A stretch of DNA of 64,000 nucleotides from Myxococcota bacterium. Lineage in GTDB: Bacteria > Myxococcota_A > UBA9160 > JAFDDA01. The notes under the pieces are model-generated. The model was given only the letters and a program-made list of their open reading frames with translations, had not been told where the DNA came from and made no database searches. The stretch lies in contig OZ245817.1 of assembly GCA_965228475.1 (NCBI GenBank), positions 2,304,001 through 2,368,000 of the forward strand, in the 5' to 3' direction. Positions 29,319 through 39,318 of the stretch are shown here, piece after piece. The number at the start of each line of letters is the position of its first letter. The stretch's first letter is position 1. A program made the position numbers and the translations under genes.

Positions 29319-30989
29319 GTGCCGGCCGCCTCCACCGTCGCCCCGGGCCTCGACGCCCGGACCCGCCCCGCGCGGATCGCCGCCCTCGCCGAAGAGCGCT
29401 TCGATCTGCTGGTGATCGGCGGCGGCATCACGGGCGCCGGCGTGGCCCTCGAGGCGGCGTCGCGTGGCCTCCGCGTCGCCCTGCTCGAGGCCCGGGACTT
29501 CGCCTCGGGCACCTCGAGCCGCTCCTCGAAGCTCATCCACGGCGGTCTGCGCTACCTCGCCATGGGCGACGTCGCGACGGTCCGCCAGACCGCGCTCGAG
29601 CGGAAGATCCTGCGGCGGATCGCCCCGCACCTGGCCGAGCCCCGCTGGATGGTCGTCCCGGCGAAATCCCGCGCGGGCCTGATGAAGCTGCGCGCGGCCG
29701 TCACGACCTACGAGAAGCTCGGCGAGGTGGAGGAGGCCGACCTCCACCGCAACTGGTCGGGCGACGACCTGGCCGCCGGCGAGCCGCTCCTCGACCGCAA
29801 ACTCCACCGCCACGCGTGCGTCTACCGCGAGTACGTCACCCACGACGCCCGCCTCGTCCTCGCGAACCTGCGCGCGGCGGCGGCGCTCGGCGCGATCGTC
29901 CTCGCTCAGGCCCCGGTCCGCTCGATCGCGGTCGAGGACGGGCGTGCGGTGGGGGCGGAGGCCGAATGCCGGGAGACGGGGGAGCGCTTCCGCGTCCGCG
30001 CGCGCTGCGTCGTGAACGCCGCCGGCCCCTGGGTCGACGCGGTCCGCGCCCTCGAAACGAACGAAGCGCCACCGCGCCTGCACCTCTCGAAGGGGGTCCA
30101 CGTCGTGGTCGACCGGGAGCGGCTGCCGGTCCGCAACGTGCTGATCCTCGGCACGAAGGACAGGCGGTCCATCTTCGCCGTGCCGCGGGGCGACGCCGTC
30201 TACCTCGGGACGACGGACACGAGCTACGAGGACGGCGCCGAGACCTGGCCCCCGGTCGCGATCGGCGACGTCACGTACCTGCTCGACGCCGTCGCGCACC
30301 ATCTCGGGATGAAGCTCGGGCCGGAGGACGTGTTCTCGGCCTGGGCCGGTCTGCGGCCCCTCGTGGCCGAGGCGGGCAAGGCGCCGACGGAGATCTCGCG
30401 GAAGGACGAGGTCTGGCTCGGGCCGGCGGGCGTCGTGACGATCGCCGGCGGGAAGCTCACGGGCTACCGGCCGATGGCCCGCACCGCCGTCGAGCGCGCC
30501 GCCGAGGCCGCCGGGCTCCCCCTGGCCGACGCGCCGGCCGAGCCCGGCGTGCTGCCGGGCGGGGAGGGCGGCGCGGATCTCGACGCCGCCACCGGCTCGC
30601 TCGTCGAGAAGTTCGGGCTCGATCGGCTGCAGGCCGAGGCGCTCGCCGAGGCCCACGGCAGCGAAGCGGACGCCGTGGCGTCGGCGGGGCCGGAGCCCGT
30701 CGCGCCCGGGGCACGTCTCCTGCGCGGACAGGTCCGCTTCGCGGTCGAGCACGAGGATGCGGCCCACGTCGAAGACGTCCTCTACCGTCGCACGGGCAGC
30801 GCCTTCTACGACCGGGTGGGCCGCGAGGCGAGCGTCGCGCCCGTCGCGGAGCAGATGGCCGAGCTGCTTGGCTGGGACGAAGCGAGGACGCGCGCCGAAA
30901 CGGACGCCGCCCGCCGCCGCCTGGCCGCCGATCTCGCCTTCAAGGAAGACTCGAACCCCCTGCTGCAAGCCAGCGCCCAACATGAGTGA
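29319..30989 (+). CDS. glpD: FAD glycerol-3-phosphate dehydrogenase/oxidase family
   Basis: IGGGITG, DFASGTSSRSSKLIHGGLRYL, VNAAGPW, SKGVH, AGLRPL, GGKLTGYR. Confidence 0.9.
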   Translation: MPAASTVAPGLDARTRPARIAALAEERFDLLVIGGGITGAGVALEAASRGLRVALLEARDFASGTSSRSSKLIHGGLRYLAMGDVATVRQTALERKILRRIAPHLAEPRWMVVPAKSRAGLMKLRAAVTTYEKLGEVEEADLHRNWSGDDLAAGEPLLDRKLHRHACVYREYVTHDARLVLANLRAAAALGAIVLAQAPVRSIAVEDGRAVGAEAECRETGERFRVRARCVVNAAGPWVDAVRALETNEAPPRLHLSKGVHVVVDRERLPVRNVLILGTKDRRSIFAVPRGDAVYLGTTDTSYEDGAETWPPVAIGDVTYLLDAVAHHLGMKLGPEDVFSAWAGLRPLVAEAGKAPTEISRKDEVWLGPAGVVTIAGGKLTGYRPMARTAVERAAEAAGLPLADAPAEPGVLPGGEGGADLDAATGSLVEKFGLDRLQAEALAEAHGSEADAVASAGPEPVAPGARLLRGQVRFAVEHEDAAHVEDVLYRRTGSAFYDRVGREASVAPVAEQMAELLGWDEARTRAETDAARRRLAADLAFKEDSNPLLQASAQHE

Positions 30990-31018
30990 GCAGAAGACGG
31001 CGTGAGGAGAAGATCACC

Positions 31019-32425
31019 GTGAGCCAAGCCGGCCTGGACGCCCTGCGCAGCGCGCTCGGAGAGCGCGTTCGCACCGATGACGAGACCCGGGGAGCCTTCC
31101 GCCGCGATTGGTGGGTGCTCTCGGAGCTGCAGGATCTGCAGGGAAACGGGCCGGCGCCTCCGCTCGCGGTCGTCGTGCCCGAGAGCACCGAGGAGGTCGC
31201 GCTCGCCCTGAAGACGTGTCGCGCGGCGGGTCTGCCGGTCGTGACCTACGGCGGCGGGTCGGGCGTCTGCGGCGGAATTCGCAGCGAGGCCGGCGACGTC
31301 GTGCTCTCGACCGCGGCCCTCGACGGCATGGTCGAGCTCGACGCGCACAACCTCACCGCGACCTTTCGCGCCGGCATGAACGGCCTCGCGGCCGAGAAGG
31401 CGGTCCAGGAGCAGGGGCTCACGATCGGGCACTGGCCCCAGTCGATCGGCCTCGCCAGCGTCGGCGGGCTCGTCGCGACGCGTTCGGCGGGCCAGTACTC
31501 GACCGCCCACGGCAACGTCGAGGACATCCTGCTCGACCTCGAAGTCGTGCTCCCCGACGGCCAGATCCTGCGGACGCGCCGGACGCCGCGGGCGGCGGCG
31601 GGGCCGGACCTCCGCCAGCTCTTCCTCGGCAGCGAGGGCACCCTCGGCGTGATCACCGAGGCGACGTTCTCCCTGCGGGCCCTTCCCGAGACGAGCGAGG
31701 GCCAGAGCTTCCACTTCCCGGACCTCGCGGCGGGCATCGAAGCCATCCGCTGCATCCTGCGCGCGGGCTATCGGCCGCCCGTCGTGCGGCTCTACGACGC
31801 CAAGGAGTCCGGCCGGAACTTCCCGGACGATTCGCCGGAAGGCCGCTGCTTCCTGCTCCTGCTCCACGAGGGCCCCGCAGCGATGGTGGCGGCCCAGCAG
31901 GCCGGGGTCGCGGCGCTGTGCAAGCACGTCGGCGGCGAACCGGCCGGCGCCGGTGCGGTCGACGGCTGGCTCGACCATCGCAACAACGTGCCGGGCTTCG
32001 ACGTCTTCCTCGAGAAGGGGATCATCCTCGACACGATCGAAGTCGCCGCGACCTGGGACCAGCTCGAACGGCTCTACGACGCCGCCATCGCCGGCCTCTC
32101 CGCGGTGCCGGGGCTGCTTTCCGGTTCGGCCCACACGAGCCATGCCTACCGCTCGGGGACGAACCTCTACTTCACCTTCCTCGCCCGCCCGGAATCGCGC
32201 GGCGACATGGAGTCCACGTACCACGCGTGCTGGCGCGCCGTGATCGACGCGGCGGTCTCCGTCGGCGGCGGCATCGCGCACCACCACGGGATCGGGCGCG
32301 TGCGGGCGGGGCGCCTCGAGGAAGAGATCGGCGCGGCGGGTCTCTCGGTGCTCCGCAGCGTGAAGGAGGCGCTCGACCCGGGCGATCTCCTGAACCCCGG
32401 AGCGCTCCTCCCGGCCCGGGGTTAG
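31019..32425 (+). CDS. FAD-linked oxidase, alkyl-dihydroxyacetone-phosphate synthase-like
   Basis: GHWPQS, SVGGLVATRSAGQYST, PRAAAGPD, GSEGTLGVIT, HTSHAY..G.NLYF, HHHGIG; GAGGAG RBS. Confidence 0.85.
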   Translation: MSQAGLDALRSALGERVRTDDETRGAFRRDWWVLSELQDLQGNGPAPPLAVVVPESTEEVALALKTCRAAGLPVVTYGGGSGVCGGIRSEAGDVVLSTAALDGMVELDAHNLTATFRAGMNGLAAEKAVQEQGLTIGHWPQSIGLASVGGLVATRSAGQYSTAHGNVEDILLDLEVVLPDGQILRTRRTPRAAAGPDLRQLFLGSEGTLGVITEATFSLRALPETSEGQSFHFPDLAAGIEAIRCILRAGYRPPVVRLYDAKESGRNFPDDSPEGRCFLLLLHEGPAAMVAAQQAGVAALCKHVGGEPAGAGAVDGWLDHRNNVPGFDVFLEKGIILDTIEVAATWDQLERLYDAAIAGLSAVPGLLSGSAHTSHAYRSGTNLYFTFLARPESRGDMESTYHACWRAVIDAAVSVGGGIAHHHGIGRVRAGRLEEEIGAAGLSVLRSVKEALDPGDLLNPGALLPARG

Positions 32426-32448
32426 GGGTTGGCGGAGCGGGCCTGAAC

Positions 32449-33882
32449 GTGGCGCGGGAGTTCGTGCTCGCCCTCGACGCCGGGACGACCGGCGTCCGCG
32501 CCCGGGCCTATGCGCCCGAGGGCCGGGTGGTCGGCCATGCGCACCGCGTGCTTCCGGTCTCCTTCCCCGCGCCGGGCCGCGTCGAGCAGGACCCGGAGCG
32601 TCTCCACGGGGAGAGCGTCGCGGTGCTCGAAGCGGCGATGGCGGAAGCGGGCATCGCGCCCGCCGAGGTGGCCGCGCTCGGAATCGCGAGCCAGCGGGCG
32701 ACGGCCCTGGCCTGGGACGCGGAAACCGGCCGGCCCCTCGCGCCCGCGCTCGGCTGGCAGGATCAGCGCCGCTGCCAGGCGCTCGATGACCTTCACGCAC
32801 GGGGCATTCCGATCCCCGCCCAGGCCGCCGCCGCCAAGTTTCTCTGGTGGCTCGAACATTCGCCCGAAGTGGGCGAGGCGGCCCGCGCCGGAAGACTCCG
32901 GCTCGGAACGCCCGAGGCCTGGCTGAGCGATCGGCTCGCCGGCGGAGCCGCCCACGTGACCGACCCGGGTCACGCCGGCTGCACGGCGCTCTACCACGCG
33001 GAGGAGCGCGGCTGGGCGGAGGGTCTCCTCGCGCTGCTGGGATTCGAGGCGGCGTGGCTCCCGGAGATCGTCGCGAGCGCGGAGCCGGTGGCCGAGGGCG
33101 TCGGCCCGCTCGCCGGGGTTCCCCTCGCGGCCCGGGCGGGGGACCAGCAGGCCGCGGCCTTCGCGGCGGGTCTGCGGATGCAGGGCGACGCCAAGCTGAC
33201 GCTCGGGACCGCGGCGATGCTCGAGGTCCATGCCGGATCGAGCCCGGGAACGCCATCGCCGGGGACGATTCCCTTGCCGCTCTGGCGGCTCCCGGACGGC
33301 AGCGAGCATCACTGCCTCGAGGGTCACGTGGCGACCGCGGGCTCGGCGCTCGAATGGGGTGTCGCACTCGGGCTGGCTCCGGACGTCGCCGGCCTCGATG
33401 CGCTCGCCCGGAGCGCGGCGGATTCCGCGGGCGTCGTTGCCGTCCCCGCCTTCCAGGGGCTCGCGACGCCGTTCGACGACGGAGAGGCGCGTGGCTTCGT
33501 CGGGGGGATCACCCGTGGCACCGGGCGCGCCGAGTTCGCCCGCGCCCTGTTCGAAGGCGTCGCCCACCGCTGCGTCGACGTCGCCGAGGCCATGGGCGTG
33601 ACGGCGGCACCCCTCCCTGCGGACGGCGGGCTCTCGCGCTCGCGCTTCCTGCTCGAGCGCATCGCGACGCTGCTCGGCCAGCCGATCCTCCGGGCCGCGG
33701 ATCCGGAGGGAACCGCCCGCGGCGCGGCCGGCCTCGCAGCCCTCGCCGTGGGCCTCGACCCCGCGCGCTTCCTGGCGGCCGGGGCGCCCGAGCGCATCGA
33801 ACCCGCGCCGGAAGATCGCGAGGGCGAGCGCGCCCGATGGCGTAGCATCGTCACCGAGCGGGTCGGGACCCGGTCGCCGTGA
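32449..33882 (+). CDS. FGGY carbohydrate/glycerol kinase family
   Basis: LALDAGTTG, VEQDP, SQRAT..WD, WQDQR, GDQQAA, DGG. Confidence 0.88.
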   Translation: MAREFVLALDAGTTGVRARAYAPEGRVVGHAHRVLPVSFPAPGRVEQDPERLHGESVAVLEAAMAEAGIAPAEVAALGIASQRATALAWDAETGRPLAPALGWQDQRRCQALDDLHARGIPIPAQAAAAKFLWWLEHSPEVGEAARAGRLRLGTPEAWLSDRLAGGAAHVTDPGHAGCTALYHAEERGWAEGLLALLGFEAAWLPEIVASAEPVAEGVGPLAGVPLAARAGDQQAAAFAAGLRMQGDAKLTLGTAAMLEVHAGSSPGTPSPGTIPLPLWRLPDGSEHHCLEGHVATAGSALEWGVALGLAPDVAGLDALARSAADSAGVVAVPAFQGLATPFDDGEARGFVGGITRGTGRAEFARALFEGVAHRCVDVAEAMGVTAAPLPADGGLSRSRFLLERIATLLGQPILRAADPEGTARGAAGLAALAVGLDPARFLAAGAPERIEPAPEDREGERARWRSIVTERVGTRSP

Positions 33883-33931
33883 GCCGGCGCCCGGGAGGAG
33901 CGGCAGGCGTGCGCAGGGGCGCGGAGCGGGT

Positions 33932-35512
33932 GTGAAGAAGTTCTGGATCGGGCTCGTCGTGCTCGTGCTGCTGCTCGGGGTGGCCCTGGCTGCAACGCTG
34001 ACCCTCGGCGGGCCGCGGATCCTGACGGAGCTGATCGTGCGCGGCGGCGCGGCGCTCGGCTACCAGGACGTCGCGGTCACGGTCGAGTCGGTCGGCCCGA
34101 AGCGGACCGTGATCTCGGAGATCTCGGCCGGGCCGGCGCCCGGCCTGCGCGCCGAAGGCGTTGTGCTCGAATACGACTGGCGTTCGCTCCGAGCGCTCCG
34201 TGCGACCCGCGTCCGGATCGAGGACGTCCGGCTCCATGGCCGCTGGAACGAAGACGGCATGGTGTTCCCGGCGCTCCCGCCCGCTGACAATTCGGGCCCG
34301 CTGATCGCGGTGCCGGCCTGGGAGGCGCTCGAGGTGGGGAAGGGCGCCGTCGCGCTCGGCGGCGCGCGCGGACCCGTCACGGTCTCCTTCGCGAACTTCA
34401 AGGCGAGCGCCCCGGAGGGCGCCCGGCTCTCGGCGGCGGGCATCGCGTCGATCGACAGCCAGGCGCCCCCGATCGACGCGGACTTCGATCTCGTCCTCGA
34501 CGGCGACCGGCTGCTCGGCCACGCGAACGTCCACTCGCGGGACGGGAAGCTCGACCTCCGAGCCGCCTTCGGCGACCCGGGCGAGGGCCCCGGCACGTTT
34601 CCGACCGTGGCCCACGCGGGCGAGCTGCGCATGGCCGGGCAGGTGCGCGTGAAGGCCGAGGAGGCCGATCTCTCGCCGCTCACGCCGGAGTTCTCGGCCA
34701 GGGGCACCGTCCGCTTCGGGACGGAGAACCAGCGGCTCCAGATCTCGGGCAAGGGTCTCGCGCTCGACGGTTTCGGGATGTCGCTCTCGGGGCTGCAGGT
34801 GGCGCTCGACCTCGAGCAGCTCGTGCCGCCGGTCGGCGGCGCGGGACAGCGGATCTCCGTCGATACCGCGGCCATGGGCGTGCCGCTCGGCGGGGGCGAC
34901 GTCCGCTTCGGCGTGCGTCCGAACGGGGTGATCGACGTCGAGGCCCTCGACTGGAAGCTCCACGGCGGCCGCCTCCGGAGCGCCGCGGCCCTCGATCCGA
35001 ACGCCGAATCGAACGCCCTCACGCTCGAGGTCGCGGGGCTGGATCTCGCCCGCCTCTCCGCCGGTCTCGGCCGCGACGACCTCGAGATCACCGGGGTGAT
35101 CGACGGCACGCTGCCGCTCCGCCTCGAGGGCGATCGAATCTTTGCGGAGGAGGGACGTCTCATCGCCAGTGAGGCGGGCGGAGTGATCCGCTATCGATCC
35201 GGGGGCGGAACCCCCGGGGAGGCCCCGCCGGAGAGCGGGACCGTGGGAGGCATGGAGCTCGTGTTGGACGCTCTCGAGAACTTTCACTACCGCACGCTCG
35301 ACGTCACGATCGGCGGCGAGCTGACCGGGGAGCTCCTGCTCAAGCTGCGGATCGAAGGATCGAACCCCGACGTCTACGATGGCTATCCCTTCCAGCTGAA
35401 CCTGAACCTGGAAGGGCCCCTGGCCGACGTGATCCGGGGCAGTCAGACCGGCTTCCGCGTGCAGGATGCCGTCGAAGAGCGCTTCCAGAAGAAGCGCAAG
35501 GAGAAGCGATGA
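33932..35512 (+). CDS. ydbH: YdbH-like (AsmA-like) intermembrane lipid transport protein
   Basis: N-terminal TM, C-terminal G.LPL..ALENFHY..GSNP..LNLNL; followed by ynbE and ydbL. Confidence 0.82.
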   Translation: MKKFWIGLVVLVLLLGVALAATLTLGGPRILTELIVRGGAALGYQDVAVTVESVGPKRTVISEISAGPAPGLRAEGVVLEYDWRSLRALRATRVRIEDVRLHGRWNEDGMVFPALPPADNSGPLIAVPAWEALEVGKGAVALGGARGPVTVSFANFKASAPEGARLSAAGIASIDSQAPPIDADFDLVLDGDRLLGHANVHSRDGKLDLRAAFGDPGEGPGTFPTVAHAGELRMAGQVRVKAEEADLSPLTPEFSARGTVRFGTENQRLQISGKGLALDGFGMSLSGLQVALDLEQLVPPVGGAGQRISVDTAAMGVPLGGGDVRFGVRPNGVIDVEALDWKLHGGRLRSAAALDPNAESNALTLEVAGLDLARLSAGLGRDDLEITGVIDGTLPLRLEGDRIFAEEGRLIASEAGGVIRYRSGGGTPGEAPPESGTVGGMELVLDALENFHYRTLDVTIGGELTGELLLKLRIEGSNPDVYDGYPFQLNLNLEGPLADVIRGSQTGFRVQDAVEERFQKKRKEKR

Positions 35513-35691
35513 GAACCCTTGGCCTGGCCGTGCTGGCTGCCGCGGCGGTGGCGTGTCAGCCGACCGTGCGCGTCGAGCCGCCGAAGGAACCGATCGTGGT
35601 CAACCTCAACGTGAAGATCGAACACGAGGTCCGCATCAAGGTGGAGAAGGACGTCGAAGCCTTGTTCGCCGAGAACCCGGATCTTTTTTAG
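35509..35691 (+). CDS. ynbE: YnbE family lipoprotein
   Basis: AC.PTVRVEPPKEPIVVNLNVKIEHEVRIKV. Confidence 0.92.
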   Translation: MRTLGLAVLAAAAVACQPTVRVEPPKEPIVVNLNVKIEHEVRIKVEKDVEALFAENPDLF

Positions 35692-35700
35692 GAGCGCGTG

Positions 35701-36048
35701 ATGAAGACTCTCTCCCTACAGCGGATGATGATGCTGCTGGCGGCCTTCGTGCTGGCGTCGGCCCCGATGGCCCTGGCGGCGAGCCCGCTCGATACCGCCA
35801 AGTCCGCCGGCCTGCTCGGTGAGCGTTGGGACGGCTACCTCGGCGTCGTGAAGAGCGACACCGCCGCGACGGCCCTCGCCAAGGAGATCAACTCGAAGCG
35901 CCGGGCGCACTACGCGAAGATCGCCTCCGGCGAGGGAACCTCCGTCGAAGCCGTGGCGGCGATCGCGGGCGAGAAGCTCGTCGAGGGGGCGCCGAGCGGG
36001 CACTACGTCCGGACCTCCGCCGACGCCGACTGGACGCGCGTGCCCTAG
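35701..36048 (+). CDS. ydbL: YdbL (DUF1318) family protein
   Basis: AK..GLLGE..DGYLG, IN.KRR..Y..IA. Confidence 0.9.
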   Translation: MKTLSLQRMMMLLAAFVLASAPMALAASPLDTAKSAGLLGERWDGYLGVVKSDTAATALAKEINSKRRAHYAKIASGEGTSVEAVAAIAGEKLVEGAPSGHYVRTSADADWTRVP

Positions 36049-36843
36049 GTGGGTCTGCTCGAGGGGCGGCGCGCGCTGGTCACGGGCGGTGGCTCCGGGA
36101 TCGGCCGCGCCACGGCCCGGCGTTTCTCCGAAGAGGGCGCGCGCGTCGCCGTGCTCGACCGCGATGCCGAGAGCGCGGAGGCCGCAGCCAGAGAGGTCTC
36201 GGGCCGCGCCTTCGTCGCCGACGTGCGTGAACCCGCCGCCGTGCGCGAGGCGGTCGATGCCGCGGCCGCCTGGCTGGGGGGCCTCGACACGGTCTCCCAC
36301 AACGCGGGAACCGGGCAGCTGCTCGGCTTCGAGGACGTCTCCCCGGCGCAGTTCGACGACCTCGTCCAGGTGAACCTCTCCGGGACCTTCCACGTCCTCC
36401 AGGCCGTGACGCCGCACCTGCGCGCGGCCGGCGGCGGGAGCATCGTCACCAACGCCTCCGAGAGCGGGATCCGCCCGACCCAGGGCGAGCTGCCGTACTC
36501 CGCGGCGAAGGCAGGGGTGATCGCGACGACCCTCGGTGCGGCCCAGGAGCTCGGCCCGACCATCCGGGTGAACTGCGTCTCCCCGGGTGTGATCCGGACC
36601 CCGCTGACCGAGCCGCTGTTCGCGGCGCCCGGTCTGCTCGACCCGGTGGAGCGCGCCGCCCCCCTCGGCCGCGGCGGCGAGGCCGAAGAAGTGGCCGACG
36701 TGATCCTCTTCCTCGCGAGCGATCTCGCGCGCTACGTCACCGGCCAGAACCTGGTGGTCGACGGCGGCATGGGGCTCCCGCAGGCAGGAATCGACGAGGT
36801 CCTCCGCCGCGTCCTCCCGGCCATGAAACCGAAGAAGGCCTGA
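36049..36843 (+). CDS. Short-chain dehydrogenase/reductase
   Basis: TGGGSGIG, NAG, YSAAK, IRVNCVSPG. Confidence 0.93.
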   Translation: MGLLEGRRALVTGGGSGIGRATARRFSEEGARVAVLDRDAESAEAAAREVSGRAFVADVREPAAVREAVDAAAAWLGGLDTVSHNAGTGQLLGFEDVSPAQFDDLVQVNLSGTFHVLQAVTPHLRAAGGGSIVTNASESGIRPTQGELPYSAAKAGVIATTLGAAQELGPTIRVNCVSPGVIRTPLTEPLFAAPGLLDPVERAAPLGRGGEAEEVADVILFLASDLARYVTGQNLVVDGGMGLPQAGIDEVLRRVLPAMKPKKA

Positions 36844-37005
36844 GGCGGCCCTGGGGCTTCTCTCCCGGGCCCACCGCTGGCACGTTCCCCGAGGCATTCC
36901 GCGCCGCTGCACGCGGCGCTGCGCGGGAGCTGCAGGTTTCCGTCAAGGCGCGGGCCGAGCGGGCCGATGAGTCCGGCTGGGGGTTTCCCCCGAGGAGGAC
37001 GAATC

Positions 37006-37437
37006 ATGTCGATCAGTCATTGGCTCGCAGGCCGGATGGCCCTGGTGGGCTGCGCCGCGCTGGGCCTGGCCCTCGCCGGCCCGGCCGAAGCCGACCCGGC
37101 GAAGATCGCCCCGGGCAGCAACAGCGCCGAGCGCGCCTTCGGGAAGTTCGCGGGTTCCTGGATGAAGACGATGGAGCAGCGCGAGGCGACCAACCGGGGC
37201 AAGCCCGAGATCAAGCGCTACGCCGGACGGACCTACGCCGCCTACACGGGCTACGGCTCCGATTGGGACATCGAGGTCCACGCCACGGGCGACAGCGTCT
37301 CCCCCTACGTGGGCGTGCTCCACTACAAGGAGCAGCACTTCACCTGCGCGGACGAGACCACGAACAAGTGCTCCGTGGCCTCCCAGACCCCGGTGACCGA
37401 GGTCTTCCCGTACCGAAACGGCAAGTGGAAGTACTAG
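37006..37437 (+). CDS. Hypothetical exported protein
   Basis: GAGGAGG RBS, signal peptide ending AEA. Confidence 0.75.
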   Translation: MSISHWLAGRMALVGCAALGLALAGPAEADPAKIAPGSNSAERAFGKFAGSWMKTMEQREATNRGKPEIKRYAGRTYAAYTGYGSDWDIEVHATGDSVSPYVGVLHYKEQHFTCADETTNKCSVASQTPVTEVFPYRNGKWKY

Positions 37438-37559
37438 GCCGTCCGTAGAAGGGGCCGATTCCCGCTTTCTCGCTCGAGCCCGAAGAGAAGGCTAGCGATG
37501 CGCGGTCGGATATGAGATTCCTCCCTGGGAGCGCGCCCGTGCTCCCAGGGAGGATGCCC

Positions 37560-37943
37560 ATGGATCTCGTGGCGGCCGTCGTCGTGGCGGTGTTGATCCA
37601 GTACTTCTACTTCGCGGTCCTCGTGGGCCGCTCCCGCATGAAGACCGGGATCGCCGCGCCGGCCGTGACCGGGGACCCGGTCTTCGAGCGGACGCTCCGC
37701 GTGCAGCAGAACACGCTCGAGCAGCTCGTGATCTTCCTGCCGTGCATCGCGCTGTTCGCCCACTACGTGAGCGCGAACCTGGCGGCCCTGCTCGGGCTCG
37801 TCTTCCTGCTCGGCCGCGGCCTCTACGCCGCCGGCTACATCCAGGAGGCCGGGAAGCGCGGGCCGGGCTTCATGGTGACGCTGCTGGCCCAGGCCTGCCT
37901 CGCCGTGGGCGCCCTGGTCGGGGCGCTGCGGGCGGCGCTCTAG
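37560..37943 (+). CDS. MAPEG family membrane protein
   Basis: VGRSR..GI.APA.TGDPVFERTLRVQQNTLEQ, GR.LYA.GY. Confidence 0.9.
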   Translation: MDLVAAVVVAVLIQYFYFAVLVGRSRMKTGIAAPAVTGDPVFERTLRVQQNTLEQLVIFLPCIALFAHYVSANLAALLGLVFLLGRGLYAAGYIQEAGKRGPGFMVTLLAQACLAVGALVGALRAAL

Positions 37944-38040
37944 CGACCCTCTCGAAGCTCCAGTTCCGGCTCCGGCAGGCCGCTCCAGAACGTTCGGTGC
38001 GCGTCGGTTAGACTCGCTGCCTGCGCCGAAAGGAGCTTCC

Positions 38041-39318
38041 GTGGAACCGAAGAGCGTCCTGTCCGTCGACGAAATCGAGCTCGGGCTGCCCGAGTTCTGG
38101 CTCCGGCCCCTCGCGGAGCGCGAGGGTGCCTTCGCCACCCTGCGCGCCGAGCGGCCGGTCTCCTTCCACGAGGAACCCGACGTCGAGTTCGTTCCCTTCC
38201 CGCGCGGGCCCGGCTTCTGGTCCCTCACGCGTCACGCCGACATCCTCGAGGCCAGCCGCCGCGCGGACGTCTTCTGCTCGGGCAAGGGCAGCAACATCGC
38301 GGACCTGCCGCCGCCGTTCCTGCAGTTCTTCGGGTCGATGATCAACATGGACGACCCGGACCATGCGCGGCTGCGCAAGATCGTCTCGGCCGGCTTCACG
38401 CCGCGCGTGCTCGAGAACGTCGAGGCCGACGTCTCCCGGATCGCGAGCCGCATCCTCGACAACGTGATCGAGAAGGGCGAGGTCGACTTCGTGACGGACG
38501 TCGCGGCGCGGCTTCCCCTCGCGATCATCTGCGACATGATGGGCATCCCGGAGAGCCAGCACGATCTCATCTTCGAGAAGACGAACGTGATCCTCGGCGC
38601 CGGCGACCCGGAGTACGTGCCGGACCCGACGCAGATCGTGCCGACCCTGCTCGCCGCCGGCGCGGAGCTCTCCCAGCTCGTGCAGGAGCTCGGCCGGGAC
38701 CGCCGCAACAAGCCGACCGAGGATCTCACTTCGGCCCTCGTGAACGCCGAGGTCGACGGCGAGAAGCTCTCGGACGCGGAGCTCGGCTCCTTCTTCGTCC
38801 TGCTCGTCGTGGCCGGGAACGAGACGACCCGCAACGCCATCTCCCACGGGACGAAGGCGCTCTCGGACTTCCCGGAGCAGAAGGCCGCCTGGGCGGCCGA
38901 CTTCGACGGTCTGGCGCCGACCGCCGTCGAGGAGATCGTGCGCTGGGCCACGCCCGTGATCCACTTCCGCCGCACGGCCACTCGGGACACGGAGATCGGG
39001 GGGCAGGCCATCCGCGAGGGCGAGAAGGTCGTGCTCTGGTACTGCTCGGGGAACCGTGACGAGGCGGTCTACGACGATCCCTTCCGCTTCGACGTCGCCC
39101 GCAAGCCGAACCCCCACGTGGGCTTCGGCGGGCCGGGCCCGCACTTCTGCCTGGGCGCCCACCTCGCACGGCGCGAGATGACGGTGATGTTCCGGGAGAT
39201 GTTCCGGCGCATCCCGGACTTCGAGGTCGTAGGCGAGCCCGAGCGCCTGCAGTCCTTCTTCATCCACGGGCTGAAGCACATGACCGTGCGCTTCACGCCC
39301 GGGGGCGCCGGGAACTAG
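38041..39318 (+). CDS. Cytochrome P450, CYP124-like
   Basis: LVVAGNETT, DFDGLAPTAVEEIVRW, FGGPGPHFCLG heme motif. Confidence 0.93.
   Translation: MEPKSVLSVDEIELGLPEFWLRPLAEREGAFATLRAERPVSFHEEPDVEFVPFPRGPGFWSLTRHADILEASRRADVFCSGKGSNIADLPPPFLQFFGSMINMDDPDHARLRKIVSAGFTPRVLENVEADVSRIASRILDNVIEKGEVDFVTDVAARLPLAIICDMMGIPESQHDLIFEKTNVILGAGDPEYVPDPTQIVPTLLAAGAELSQLVQELGRDRRNKPTEDLTSALVNAEVDGEKLSDAELGSFFVLLVVAGNETTRNAISHGTKALSDFPEQKAAWAADFDGLAPTAVEEIVRWATPVIHFRRTATRDTEIGGQAIREGEKVVLWYCSGNRDEAVYDDPFRFDVARKPNPHVGFGGPGPHFCLGAHLARREMTVMFREMFRRIPDFEVVGEPERLQSFFIHGLKHMTVRFTPGGAGN

Noticed and set aside
27633..30983. 1116-aa minus-strand ORF
   Set aside because: Real gene (Ada/AlkA) starts at 29174; the upstream part is antisense shadow of glpD
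30982..31005. Mini-ORF MSEQKTA between glpD and the ADHAPS-like gene
   Set aside because: No RBS or other support; likely chance
37984..37997. GAACGTTC upstream of the P450 as a second KstR box
   Set aside because: Lacks the 2-nt spacer between AAC and GTT and the flanking T/A
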